Below, in pieces: positions 38,882 to 52,400 of a DNA stretch of 64,000 nucleotides (positions within the stretch are counted from its first letter, which is position 1; each line of letters starts with the position of its first letter). The DNA is from Yuukianura sp. NJ FZ-2021 (Eukaryota). Location: contig CM102283.1 in NCBI GenBank assembly GCA_046563655.1, forward strand, positions 7,998,001 through 8,062,000. The letters run 5' to 3'. The position numbers and the translations under genes were made by a program. Below the pieces are notes generated by a model. That model had not been told where the DNA came from and made no database searches. It worked only from the letters and a program-made list of their open reading frames with translations.

Positions 38882-40104
38882 GACTTTTGGCTTCTGAAGT
38901 TTCGACTAAGACTTTCTTGGCTTCTGCGCACTGATTAAAGATTTTGATCTTTTCCTGTGGGAAGCCAAAAATGGACTGACTGTTTGGTCAGATCTACTTG
39001 GTAGTGAAACCTAAAATTCAAAGTTGCCAAACTAATAACCTAACAATTTAGCCCTCGCCATTTCCAATGTGTTAATTTGAACATAGTATGTATTATATAA
39101 CATATCAACCTAACAATTTGAACAACTAAGCAAAAAGTCCAAGTTACCTTCAAGTGCCCTTCCAAAGACACGTTTCTTCTTCCTCACTTTTTCATGATCA
39201 TCCTGTCCAATGTCCAAGTCAAGTGTAGTTTTCCTCGTCCAATTAATGTCAAACCTGTTTTGACATAATTTCCACTTTATGATGTAACTCAATTACTTCC
39301 TACGTTATGGACATCCCTGGATTGCTCATTGTGCAATGACGAATGCGCAATTCCATGAACATGCTCCACGTTTTAAGTCTTTTGTTACATTGTGTATCAA
39401 TCAAGTATCTTTGATTGTGTGAACTTTATGAGTCAGCGTATAAGTTTGCTAAATGTTAAGATTTTGTGAAAAACAACAATCAGTTGATGTCCAATTGCTA
39501 CTTTTGAAGGTCATGGGGGGAATTCAGTTGCATAATTTTCCCAATGAGAAGATCTTTTGATTATCCTAGGAAACAAAATATGTTGTTTGGAATTGAAGTG
39601 TCCACTAGCCCTTGGACATTGGCAGAAGTCAAGCCCCCCTGCAGTTTCAAGGTCACATGTACTTCTGAAATGAGGTCATTATCATCAAGAATCAAATTGT
39701 ATAAGATACATAACCGCTGGCGATGTGGAACGATTACTAATTGAAGTATTTGGTCGTTTTTTCATTCGTTTATTTATATTTTTCGATTCACGCTATAAAT
39801 TTCATTGAATGTAAAGAAATAGATACAAAACATAAAAACATAAATGATCCAATAAATTTATGTCAAAGAGGAGGGATGGCAGTTTTCAACAGCGAGGGAA
39901 GTTTTTTTTTCTTTTTCGGGTAGATTAGCATTTAAAGTCTGCGCCAGTCATTTTCAAGGCAACGGAGATTCGTGATTGGTTGACGCAAAACTTTGTAACA
40001 GCTTCACAAACTAATGAGCAAACGAAAGCACAAAGTTGAATATTGCCGTTGATATGAACCGACACTTCTAAATTTCTGGCGACCTTCGAGCGCAAAGTAC
40101 AAAA

Positions 40105-42785
40105 ATGGAGCGACCGCACAAGCGACTGGTTCTTCCCGCGACAAAATTCAAGTATCCTATGCCAAGACGATTGGACATGAGAGACAACTTTTTTGGAGTT
40201 GAAGTTAGAAAATACATAAGCTTTTTCAATTCCCCATTTCAAAATTTCAGAACTGAATTTTTTAGGTGAGTGACCCCTACCGTTGGATGGAAGACATGAA
40301 ATCTCCCGAACTTCAAGCTTTCCTCAACGCAGAAAAGAAACTGACGACATCTTACTTGGAGGGATATCCAGATCGAGCCGCTGTTCAATCAAATTTTGAA
40401 AAATTATTTTCGCACACGAAAACATATTGTCCGAAACAGGCGGGATCCAAGTACTTTGTTTTAAAAAAGGAGGGATTGAAAAATCATGCGATACTTTACG
40501 TCATGGAAGGCCTCAAAGCCAAACCCAAGGTATAACAGCGTATTCCTCACCCATTCCCCACTGGGGACGGGGATTAATGGGGTAATCCCCGGGGTCGTAG
40601 ATGGGGATTTAAGGGGTGGTAATCCCCGGGATCGTATGTGGGGATTTTGGGGGTTCCGAAAATTCTGGTTCGATGAGATCCAGAAAGTCTCAGGAATGCC
40701 TCAAATTCTTAAAAATATACGAGATGCAGCTAAATTCAACGAAAAAATCTTGTTAAAATTTTGAAAAACCGCCGGAACAAATCTTTTCTGAACTTTTTTT
40801 CCAGGTCCTTGTTGATCCAAATCAACTCTCTTCTGATGGAACTCTGGCAGTGGCATCATGGGAACCTTCGCCAAATGGTGAACTGTTGCTGTACCTCGAA
40901 TCAAAGGCTGGCAGTGACTGGAGAACCGCGAGATTCAAAAACATTTCCAAAGATGAAATGTTACCCGATTTCCTCGAAAATATCAAGTTTACTCGCCTCT
41001 CCTGGACCAAAGACAATCTCGGTGTGATTTACAGCTGTTACCCTCAAGCATCTTCCCACGAAGCTTCAAATCACGAACGCAACGACTTTCAGCAACTGTT
41101 TTACCACCAAATTGGAACCGCCCAATCAAAAGACATCTTACTCCTTGGATTTCCAGATCATCCTGACTATAGATGTCCAGCAGTAGTTTCATCCTGTGGA
41201 AATTTTGTCATTGTGACACCAAAACGCGCTGTTGCCAACAATCTCGTCTATTTTTTGAATCTGAAACAATGGACGGAAGACGGCCGTCCACCGTCACCCG
41301 TCTTGATACCAGTTCTGGAATCGTGGGAAGCAGAATGTCAGTACGTGGCAACTAAAGACACGTATCATTATTTCATCACAAACAAAGATGCGCCAAACTA
41401 CTGTCTGGTGGGAATTGACCTTGACAATCCAGAACCTACTGGATGGATCCAACTCCTGCCAGAAAAGAAACAAAAAGTTCTTGAATGGTGCCAAATTGTG
41501 CAATCGTACATTTTTGCATCATACCTAACCGATGTCAAGTCAACTCTCCAAATTCATTCGTTGGACGACGGAATGCTGCTCCAATCGTTTCCTTTGGATA
41601 TTGGCAGTATCTACTCCGGCTCTACATCAATCGATGACGACAATTTTTTCTTTAGATACACAAGCTTCGACACTCCTGGCAGAGTTTACCGTATTGACCT
41701 CCGAAACTTCAAGCTGGACCGAAACAATAACCCAGGAAATACGGTACTGGTTGGCCAAGTTCCGAAAAAAGCGGGAATTCTTTTGTGTTTGAAATGTGCC
41801 GAATGTGGTCGGCCGAAAATGAGTTCGGAATTTAAAATTTCCCTGTTCAGCGACACGCAATTTTTGAGTTATGCGCCGCTGAATCTCGTCGTGAAACAAG
41901 TTTGGTTTGGAAGTAAAGACGGCACGAAAATTCCAATGTTCTTGGCATACTGTGCAAGAATCAAACCGAAGCAACGCCCATGTCTGCTTCATGGATACGG
42001 TGCACATGGAGTCATTACGAAACCGAGCTTCAGTGCGCTTTATACTATGTTTATGGAACATCTTGATGGCATTGTTGCTGTAGTGAATGCTCGTGGTGGC
42101 GGGGAATTTGGAAAACGGTGGTACGAAAATGGCGCTGTTTTTAAAAAACAAAATACTTTTGATGACATTCAAGCCGCAGCGGCTTATTTGGTCAACAAAA
42201 AGTATACGGACAAATCGAAGTTAGTTTTGCTTGGAACGTCAAGTGGAGGACTTGCTGCAGCGGCTTGCGTCAATCAGCGTCCAGATCTTTTTGGTTGTGC
42301 CATTATCAACGTAGGGATTCTGGATATGATGAGATTCCATAAGTTTACGATTGGACACAACTGGGTATCGGACTATGGATCGCCTGAAAACAAAATGGAA
42401 GCAATTAATTTGCTTATGTATTCGCCATATCACAATGTCGCTATGCCGGAAGACGAAACTGTGCAGTATCCAGCCGTTCTGGTGCTAACGGCTGAGGAAG
42501 ATGATCGGGTCGTTCCGTTTCATTCATATGTAAAATACTTAGAAATTATTATGATTTCTTAATTGTCAAAACTAATTAGTATTGAGTATTTTTATTGTGT
42601 TTTAGAAATATGTCGCTGAGTTACAAGCCGTCGTTGGCAAAGACCCGCGCCAGACGAAACCGCTTTTGCTTCATGTTGAGCCGAAAGCCGGTCACGGATA
42701 TGGGAAACCCACTCGCAAAATGGTGGAAGAAGGAACGGACATGTTTTGCTTCATGAGCTACGCTGTTCAACATAAATACAATTAA
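40105..42785 (+). CDS. PREP: Prolyl oligopeptidase (S9A) paralog 2, intron-poor
   Basis: KYPMPRR...FGVE|VSDPYRWMED, SKDGTKIPMF, NARGGGEFG, KQNTFDD. Triad motifs GTSSGG, EEDDRVVP and AGHGYGKP. Four exons; stop at 42783-42785. Confidence 0.92.
40536..40660. repeat. GC-rich CCCC/GGGG palindromic repeat in PREP2 intron
   Basis: GGTAATCCCCGGGG occurs twice among multiple G4/C4 runs inside an otherwise AT-rich intron. Confidence 0.55.
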
Positions 42786-43272
42786 AATTTGTAACTAACA
42801 CTAAATTAAAATCCAAATTAACAAAGTAAAAACGAAATTGGCAGGGTTATAAATTTCGTGCTCATAGGAGGGGCATCAGAAAAACGCCACTCGGATTTAA
42901 GCGGGAAATTCAAACTTCGCAAATTCTGTTTTGTTTTTGTTTTTTTAGATTTGTAAAGCATTTAGGTACCACCATACAGCGGATTTAATTAACGTGATTA
43001 ACGATCATTGACTTTAGAAGTTTAATTAGTAATTGATTCACTATCCGGGTTCCCGGTTCCAGTGATTAGTCGCAACTGCTAAAGTTGAATTTCTAGAACT
43101 CCGTGCAGTTTTTTCTCTGAAAGTGAAACAATCACCGACCGTTAAAAAGTCACCGTCACCCGGCCGGCACTTAAGAATCGTTTACGGTAATTGAAAGATT
43201 AGTGTAGTTTAAGGTATATTAATTAAACTGATACTAATTTGTGTTTTTTTAATATTCAAGTAGCATTCCACA

Positions 43273-45187
43273 ATGGCGCCGATAGTTCAGAAGCCAGCTA
43301 CTACACCCGAAAGCAAACCCATGATAGCCCGACCAACAAGTAGCAGTTCCGGCATGACAGCAGATAAGAAGTACTATTGTCAAAAGTAAGCATCTACAAT
43401 TATGGTGTTTAAATGATGATCATTTGTTGCTTTCAGGTCAGATTTGATAATGAGAGTGAAATATACCAATACATTGCCGGATTTGCCATTTGACCCAAAG
43501 TTCGTGTCTTATCCATTTGATGAAAATCGGTTCGTTGTGTACTCTACTACATCTCTAGAGAAGAACTTCAAGTATGAAATCCTAACAGAACCGGATTTGG
43601 GAGTTGACGTAGAACTTGTCGTTCCAAATGCGTACACCCTTGTTCCACCAAATGCACCACCACCACAGTTGGATCCCAAAGATGAACGACTGCTGGAAGA
43701 AGAAGTGCAAGTTCAAAAGAACCAGAAACGTTCTGTTCATCACTCGAGAAACGTGTCTTGGCTGAGACGAACAGAGTATATCTCAACTGAGCAAACACGG
43801 TTCCAGCCACAACTGATTGACAAAGTGGAAGCCAAAGTGGGATACTCCATCAAGAAGAAACTGAAAGACGAATGGCACTACTCCGACCGTGATTCACAGA
43901 TAAAGGCAATTGAAAAGACGTTTGAAGACTCTGCCCAACCAATTACAAGGCACTTTTCCAAACCAAACGTCACTCCTGTGGAAGTCCTGCCAATTTTTCC
44001 GGATTTCAAACTATGGAAGTATCCTTGTGCTCAGGTAAGCAAAAGTTTTCTCTACTAAAAAGATTCCAGTGTTTACTTCCACTTTGATTGACTTTGATTT
44101 GGTCTTAGGTTATCTTCGACTCTGATCCAGCCCCTGTTGGACGATCGTCGAGTGTCCAGATCGAGGAGATGTCACAGGCCATGATTCGGTAAATTGCATA
44201 ATCTTTTACTCACTACGCTGTACACAATAACACCATGATGATTCTAAGGCGAATTCGATAAGCTTGGCTTTCCTCAAATGTGAAACCTTGTTTAAAACTT
44301 GTTGCTTCCTTTTAAGGAAATACGCTTTTTAAAATGAGATCCACCTTTATCCTGATTCGAATTGAAATTCTTACAAAAATCATTCAAAAAAAGTACATCA
44401 GTCACTAAATTTTTTTCTTATACTTCCTCCAGGGGTGTCATGGACGAAAGCGGTGAACAATTCGTCGCTTACTTCTTACCTACCGAAGAAACTCTTATCG
44501 CAAGAAAGGCCGACGTTGAAGCTAACCGTGAATACGATGATGAGACAGTCTACGAATACCGAATGGCTCGTGAGTACAACTGGAATGTCAAGAGCAAGGC
44601 TACTAAAGGTTATGAAGAAAACTACTTTTTCGTTATCCGGGACGACGGTGTGTATTACAACGAGTTGGAGACAAGGTACGACTTCTATTTTTGATTGGTT
44701 TAAAGTAAAAATGTAATGTGTTCAATTTTTATTTGTTAGAGTACGACTCAATAAGCGAAGGACACGAGGGCCCAATCAACAGCTCAATACAAAATTGTGC
44801 GTGAAACATATTGAATTGACTCAGAGTGATTACAAGTTTCAGCGAACTCGGGAACGTGAATTGGAAGCCGTTCAAGAAGAGGAAGAGGAGGAAGAAGAAG
44901 AGGAAAAGTCCGACGAAGAGGACAAAAAGACGACCGCTGACGACAAAAAGTCGGATGCCGGAGGTGACTCTCACTCTTCAGATGACGATGAGAAGAATAA
45001 GTCCGATGATGACACAAGCACTGTCGTCAGTAGCGTCGTCAAGCCCAAGAAAGACCTCGTAAAAAGAACCTCCAAGTCAGATTCTGGATCTTCCTCTGAA
45101 GATGATGACAAGAAGTCGGCCAAGTCCTCTTCAAAATCTTCATCTTCCAAATCATCCGGAGCTGACAGTGATGGTTCGGATCTTTAA
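43273..45187 (+). CDS. PAF1: RNA polymerase II-associated factor 1
   Basis: [91 protein letters not shown] and an acidic/Ser-rich tail. Confidence 0.97.
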
Positions 45188-45256
45188 ATTTTATAAGTTT
45201 AACTTTAACATATATTTAAAATACAAATCATACAAGAAGCGAATCTTTTTAATGAA

Positions 45257-47778
45257 TTATGACTTAGTAATCACCTGATCAGTCAAGTACTCGTAGTCCA
45301 ATTGAATTTGGCGCCGGATTTTGTCGTCATCTGATAAATTAGTATTGTTGTTCTTGGGGTCAAGGTCGTTAGTTCTAATAGCAGGGTCACCTTGATTTTG
45401 ACCTTTGACTTTCTTGAGTCTCTTTAAACTCTCCTCCATTTTTTGTATAGATGTGAGCACTTCGTCCATTTGAATTTTGTATCTGGAAAAAAAAATAACA
45501 TCGGGAGTTAAAAACCGATTTTAAAAAGTAACTTTTTGAAATTGATTTTTTTAAAAATTCTTACCTGTCCAATACTTGCTGTGCAACTTTTGACCCCACA
45601 CGGTCCGAGAGGTCACCTTGTTTAGCCTCTTTCATACTTTGGTGTAACGTTTGAATTGGTTTAAGAATTGCATGGACGTATTCACTCGGTTTAGTCGGGA
45701 CGTCTCGGTTAGTACGTCGGAAGAGTCTTGGAACTTCGTTGACAGAAGAAACAAACGAAATACTTTGGGTCACAGTAAGGTCAACTAATCTGGACTCCAG
45801 TTTTTCTCTCGTTTCTTTCCAGTTGAACATGGACAAAAATAAAGCACCGGCGGGAACTTCTGTATTTGAAGACTCCTTGTCATCAAGTGAAACAGGAACA
45901 GAACTACTTATCTTGTCAGTTAGGATTTGGTCTACTATGAGTTCACAGAGAGTGAGGTCAGCCGAGACACAAATCAGCTGATCCACAGTCACTTTCGGAT
46001 TAGAGGTCACTTGTTGTAGAATTTCTTTGAGGTAACGCGAAATAAATAAGGCACTGGCTTTTAGGAACCGAGCGGATAGTTCCGGAATGAAGACTTTCTC
46101 TGTGTCCCAACACTAAGCAAGTCAAAACATAGATTAACAAGTAACACAAACATCAACGGACAAAGCTTTTGTTTGACGTGATATGGGGATAGTAATTACC
46201 TGATTGATGACTTTGACCAAGACTCTTGTGGAATCCAACTTGAAATCGGATGTTAAGCAGTTTGAAAGTATTGACTCCAGTGCCGATTCCAATTCTACCG
46301 AAAGTGAGTGAAACCTAAGAAGATAAACAAAAACGATGACAGACGGACAGACAGACATACAAAGTCTTATCAATAGTCTTTCTTCAGCATATAGTAGACA
46401 TGGGTGTCCTGAAGACTAAAAGTAGTAATTGACATGCACAAATACTACAATTTTGTTGACTTAATTTCAAATTCAATTACCTTAATTGAAAGTAAACGTT
46501 GAATTGCCATTTGGCTACGAATTCGTTCAAGGCAGCTGAGTTCCTAAACGTCTCTAAATGGTTGAGTGATGGTAAAGCACCTTCCACTTTTTCAATGAAC
46601 GTAGAAAATCGGATCCAGTTGGAATGAAAAGAGTCTGGAGTCGCTGGAGACCAAATATGTGGAAACTGTTTCATAAGGATGTTGACAATGTGTGGAAAAA
46701 TGGCTCGACCCAGGAAATCGTAGTTCTTCATCCATGGAAACTGTTCCAGTTTATGACTCAAACGGATAACGGAGGAATGATGAATAAAAGATTCGATTTC
46801 GGTGAGAAGAGCAGAAACGTTTCCTTTTCGAGCCAAAACTGTATCACATTTGGGTTTCAGAATGTCATTGACCAGAACACTCTCAGCTTGGACTTCCCAT
46901 TGTAGTTGTGAGAACATAAACAGAATGGATCTGATGGTAAGAGTTCGATCGTCTTCGTCGGTTTCATCTTCGGTATTCGGATTTTCGGTAGTTGTTGGAA
47001 TTGTGGAATCACCGTACGTTCTGAGCAGCAGTTCCAACTTCCTCAGCACAATTGAGCAACAGGAGTCTAAACGCTGCGAGAACAAAACGTTCAGGTTCTA
47101 TTAAAAATGAAACGCAAGTTTAATTAGTAGAGTTCAAACGGACTTACAGCTTGTAATTTCTGGACAAGGGGAGACGGAAGGCATCTCTGGATCAATTGTC
47201 TAGTGTCGGACACCTTATCACATGCAATCTTAAGTGAACTAAAGTCTGAACTGGTCTGGATGTTTTCAGGGCACTTTGCCAAATACTTTTCGGAAGATTC
47301 CAATCCAGCCAGTGCTCTGCGGAGAAACTGCAGTTGATTTTGTGTAGCACGGATGGAGCGTCGTTGTTCCAGTTCCGCTTGGAGCGGTCCCATGGTTTCC
47401 TCCAGCGATTGGTACAAATTCTGGAAACCCAAGTGAAAGTTATGAATCGTTGTTTTGGATTTCAAGTTGACACAATATGCTCACCCGTATTTCACTTTCA
47501 GACCGTGACAACGGTCCGATGATATTTTGAATTTGTCCATCCAATCCAACCAACTGAGATGACAAGTTTACGAATTGGCCATAGTCTTGATTTATCAGTT
47601 CAATTAGATTTGTTCTAAGGGTTTTCAAGTGGACTCCAAGATCGTCTCGGAGAACATCGAGCGGAACGGTACTTCGCTTCTTCTGGATAAACTCATCTAC
47701 TGAAAACGTTTCTAACTGGAACTCCGACGGGTCAAAGCTGGTTAACTTCGAGGTATTGCTAAAATCCAGGAAATTCAT
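45257..47778 (-). CDS. COG2: Conserved oligomeric Golgi complex subunit 2
   Basis: FSVDEFI...LDVLRDDL...LIELINQDYGQFVNLSSQLVGLD, WQFNVYFQLR|F, EVPRLFRRTNRDVP and KMEESLKRLK...SDDDKIRRQIQLD. The exact C-terminus is uncertain. Confidence 0.92.
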
Positions 47779-49467
47779 TGTTTTCCTACCGACCGGCTAA
47801 CCTGCTGTTTCACAGAGACCATGAATTAAAACTACAATTGTCTAATTTAAGACCCGTCAATGATGTCAATGTTTTACCTGTCATTCCCACAAGTGTGATT
47901 AAAGTAGGCCACGAGTTGGGCTGCTCCAGAAATCGGTGACACCGAACGGTAAGCTGGTAGTTTTCATACAAACATACTTACCCAATTACCGTTAAATGAC
48001 AGTACAAACATACCATTAAAATGACAACAATGGTGTTACCTAGTTTAGTAGTAACAACAATTTTTTTGGTGAGTTGTCAGCTGCCTTCCACATCGAGTCA
48101 TCATTTTATCGCGTATGGGCAAATACCGATTAAAGTCATTTAAAATATTCTTTTAATTTCCGATTAATTACAATTACAGTTAGTATTTACCCTAATGTTT
48201 ACTTTGCAAACAACATTAACGCCTATGTTACACAAACTATATTAAATGTGCTTATCTTGTTTTACCGTTGCATTAATTGTTAATTCAAAAGATGGCTGAC
48301 CACACATGGTTGGGGAGGCATGACGGGTGACACATAAGTTTTAGAGTGACTAAAATTCGTCCCATCCCCATCCCATTCCATCACATGGGAAGAGATGAGG
48401 GTTTACATTAGTACAGGAATTGTGAAATTACTGAATCTTCATGAGTTGGAACTTAAGATTCACAATTTTATATCCCCCGAATTCCAGTAGATTATCTAAT
48501 CTGACCTCTCTTTTCCCGTAGAGTTACCACCATTGTTTATTTTTGGACGGAGGATTGTACCTACGGTGAATCGGTCAATGACGAAGTTACTGCAGTTGAT
48601 CTGCGCCATTACTGGAAACGAAAGGCCTTGCTGAATTTTTGGATGCCATCTTTTTGTGTATGTCCCCCTTCGATTTCGCGTAAGTTAACTTCCTTGTTCG
48701 TTTTACATTACGTTAAGCGCGAGGAGGTGAATGTTGACGGTGCATATTGACAAGAATTCGGCCGGCCAGTAATGTACACATAATAAGATAATCCGCTTTT
48801 ACGCAGTGTAGTGAGTGCAGTTAGATCTTTGATGGTCAGCGGTTGGGTTTTCCTGCCTACCTGCGGTCGCATTGACACCACATGGACAAAGACTTGCCTT
48901 AATTGTAGTTTATATGGTAGATAAATGTGTACGTCCACACATAATGTTTGTTTGTTTGTTAGGTTTTGATGTCACCCGCATCCCCATCCTACCGGACAAT
49001 TCATCTAGTTCAACGTGTCTTATGCACCTCGTCACCACCTCGCACTTTAATTAGCCATACCTTGTTTGCACAGTGACGCATCTCTCGTCTTGTGGCAGGG
49101 ACGTCCGCAGCAGGAGACTTACCACATAACTCGATGACTACTGTGCAACACCCACAACTTTTGGACCGATTCGGGTGATTGATCGATCTGAATTTTATTG
49201 CGGTTGAAAAATTAATCCAACTGACCACTTTTTCTTGACACCCCTGGCCTTGTTAGGATTTAGCAAAACAGCGAGACTACCCTCTGCCTGAGTTTTTGAA
49301 TACTGCTCTCAAACCACACACATCTGTAGACAGAAACTGCACACAAACCCTTGATTTTTTGTATGATTTTTATTATTCTAATTTGCCGTGTTGTTAATAG
49401 TTTGTTCTCAATCGGCTTTTGTTCTTTTTATCCTGTGTGCAAATTCAAGTTCAAAGTTTACTCAATT

Positions 49468-52400
49468 ATGTCAATAGGAAAGCGATTCCGAAACGGAGAA
49501 GCCGCCACAACGACGACGTCCTCTCGCAAAGGTTCGACGAGTTCGTCGAAGTCAAGTGACCGAAGGTTCTCCAGTTTCGGCTCAACTTCAAGAACACTTT
49601 CGTCCAACCTTGTGAAACTTTACCAACGAACTTTTGAGAGGAAACCGAGTGTTGATCTATCCGACTCTCGCCGACATCTGTCCTCATCCAAGTCTACATC
49701 AGCATCTTCTCTGGTTTTAATGAGTTCGCCATCCGTTTTTGATACTCCGAGCAGTACTAGCGGAAGTGTTAGTGGCGGTGGTGGACATTCAAGAAACTCT
49801 GTAGCACCAATGCAAAATCAATATGGCAGGACGATTCTGTTCTCAAATACTTCTAATACACCAATGGAAGGTTCACTTAGCAAATGGACGAACGTTATGA
49901 AGGGCTGGCAGTTTCGATGGTTCGTGTTAGACGAGGCGACCGGGCTTCTCTCGTATTACACGGTATGACCTCAATTAGTCAAAACTTTATTATGGTAAAC
50001 TAAAATTAAGCAATCTACTCCCATAATTTTCTGCTTCAACCCGCTAACACCCATCAGCTGATTGGATGTTAGACCGATGAAGGTCAAACTATGTGCTACT
50101 GCTATCTTTCCCGCTCAACTCGTGCTATTAGCCTAACAGTTTCTTTTTCAAATGCTTCAGAATAGCGTAGGAAATGACAAAATGTGTGACCTTGTCCGTC
50201 ATTTCCAAGCTTTAGTGCTACCCAGTAGGGTCATTAAGCGTGTCCTTAATTACTATATTGCTTTCTACTTCGCTTCAGACACCGCCCAATCCGTGTTCCC
50301 GAAGAGTCAGCTTGTTATTCCGCTAGCTTTCATATTTTCCTGATGAGATGTGTGTTGTGTGTTATTTTATTGATTGAGTGTTTAGAAAAAAGAAAGGAGA
50401 CGGCACATTTTTAGCCTTTCTCGGGTTTAGTATTGAACTTTTAGTGGCTTTCTCTTTTCTGGCAAAAATCGACCTGTCGCTGAATTATTGCGAATTGATT
50501 GTCGAAGTTGTAAGAGCCACATCCTCCTCAGTCCAGCAGTTCTTTAATAATTCAAAGTTTCCCCGGTGTTTCATTGGCTTTCGTTGTTTTGTATGCTAGG
50601 GGAGTACATTCCCCCCGCCTCTTTCCGTATTTCACGGTTATTATGGGCCAATTCCAGCTTTGACTGGTTTACTAAGTTTATAAGTCAAAGGATTGTTTTT
50701 GTCGATTTTGATGTAGTCCAAGGAGAAAATGCGCCGTGGAGTTCGTCGTGGCTGTATTCGACTCCAGGGAGCCGTTTTGGGGATTGACGACGAGGACGAC
50801 GCCAATTTTACTATAACTGTTGATGCAAAAGTTTTCCATCTCCAAGCTAAAGATGCCGAAGAACGGGAAGTTTGGGTAAGTTTACCGAAAGGTATTTAAT
50901 TGGATTGTTAAGTTGTTAGTCATGAACAATTTGAATCACTAATTACTTTCTTTTTTGGTGTTTCTAGGTGAGAGCCTTGGAGGATGCCATATTGAAGCAC
51001 ACTCGTCTCCGACCTTGTTACAAATCTCGTTACTTTTCTGCTGGAGATCCATCCATCCAACCACTGATTAGTTTTGAGCAACGACTAGCTCAGGCCGATG
51101 TTTATTTGTGAGTAATTAACTAACTAACCTAACTATTTTTTTTAAAGTTTGTAATTTATATTTATCCGTTAGTCGCAAAAGTTCAAGCACGCGCGTGGCT
51201 GTAGTAGTACGAACTAGTGGTTTGGTTGAATCGTGACCGCATTTAGTTTTTAGCAAAGACGGAAGAGCCTAAGATTAAGCGGCAAACCACTTACTAACTT
51301 AATTAATCAAGAACAGTTAACCTATAAAAATGTGGGCGGAATTGAAGGAGCAACTTATGAATAGCGCCAGGATTAGCAATCATTCCAAAAAAAATCGCGC
51401 GAAATGAAAAATATGTTAAAGTTGCTGGAAATGTTGGGGAAGTATGAGGTGGAGTTTAACATATGTCAATGTCACCTGATTAATTAGTTGTATTGTGTAC
51501 ACTTTATAGGCAAATGCTCATTCAGCAGATTGGAGAGCTAGATGGAAGACCAGAACTGAGTCGTGTGGTTGCCAAAGGAAATGAATTCCTTAGTGCGATA
51601 AAGCATACAATAGTGCTTCTCCAGATTGCAAAAGTAAGTCACGTTGTCAAGTCAGTTGTGCCTCTGTGTTACTTTTACAACGTTTTTACACTAACAAATT
51701 GTTTCCACGGAATCCATCATCTTTTGTCTCCACATCATCATGAAGATGAACATGGTACTCTTCTCACATATGTTTTCCTTTTTTCTTCCAAATTTTATTT
51801 GCTTCTTCAAACCATTACACAATGTACAGATAGAAAAAAAGACGGGTTGGAGTAAAGTATAGGCTTAAGTATATTTTATGTTTTTGTTTTTAGAACACTG
51901 CATTTCCTGTTCCTGACGTCGCGAGTCCGATTATTTTGAGATACGCTGAACAAGATCCTGAAATTCAGATTGGAATAGCAATTGGATCAGAAGCTCAAGA
52001 AGGAGAATCCGGAAGTGTTGGGGGGAAGGCAGTTCCGAAGTTCCCGCTAACAAAGTCCCCGGTACGGGGAAGTGAGCAAGAAGCGATTACTGGATCCATT
52101 AAGTCCCCAGCACATCTTATTCAGAGTCCAGTGTCCCCTGTGGCAGATAAGAATCCAGTTCTCTTCTCTTACTCCAGTTCAGACGACGAACAGGACTTCT
52201 ACGACGCTGAAGATTTTAGTGAAGACAACCGAGAAGAAACAGAATAGTAAGAAATAGAAGTTTTCTGATTGGTTAGTATTTGGTTGAAGTAAGGCCTAGG
52301 GTGAGTGATTGTACGCTTCAGGCTTAGACTTAACTTAACATGGGGTACAATTTCAGTTTCGTATTTTTGAAGTTGGCGGTTCGGAATGAAATAGGGGCTA

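Noticed and set aside
41627-42172. 181-aa antisense ORF and similar shadow ORFs within genes
   Set aside because: They lie opposite well-supported coding exons and have no independent evidence.
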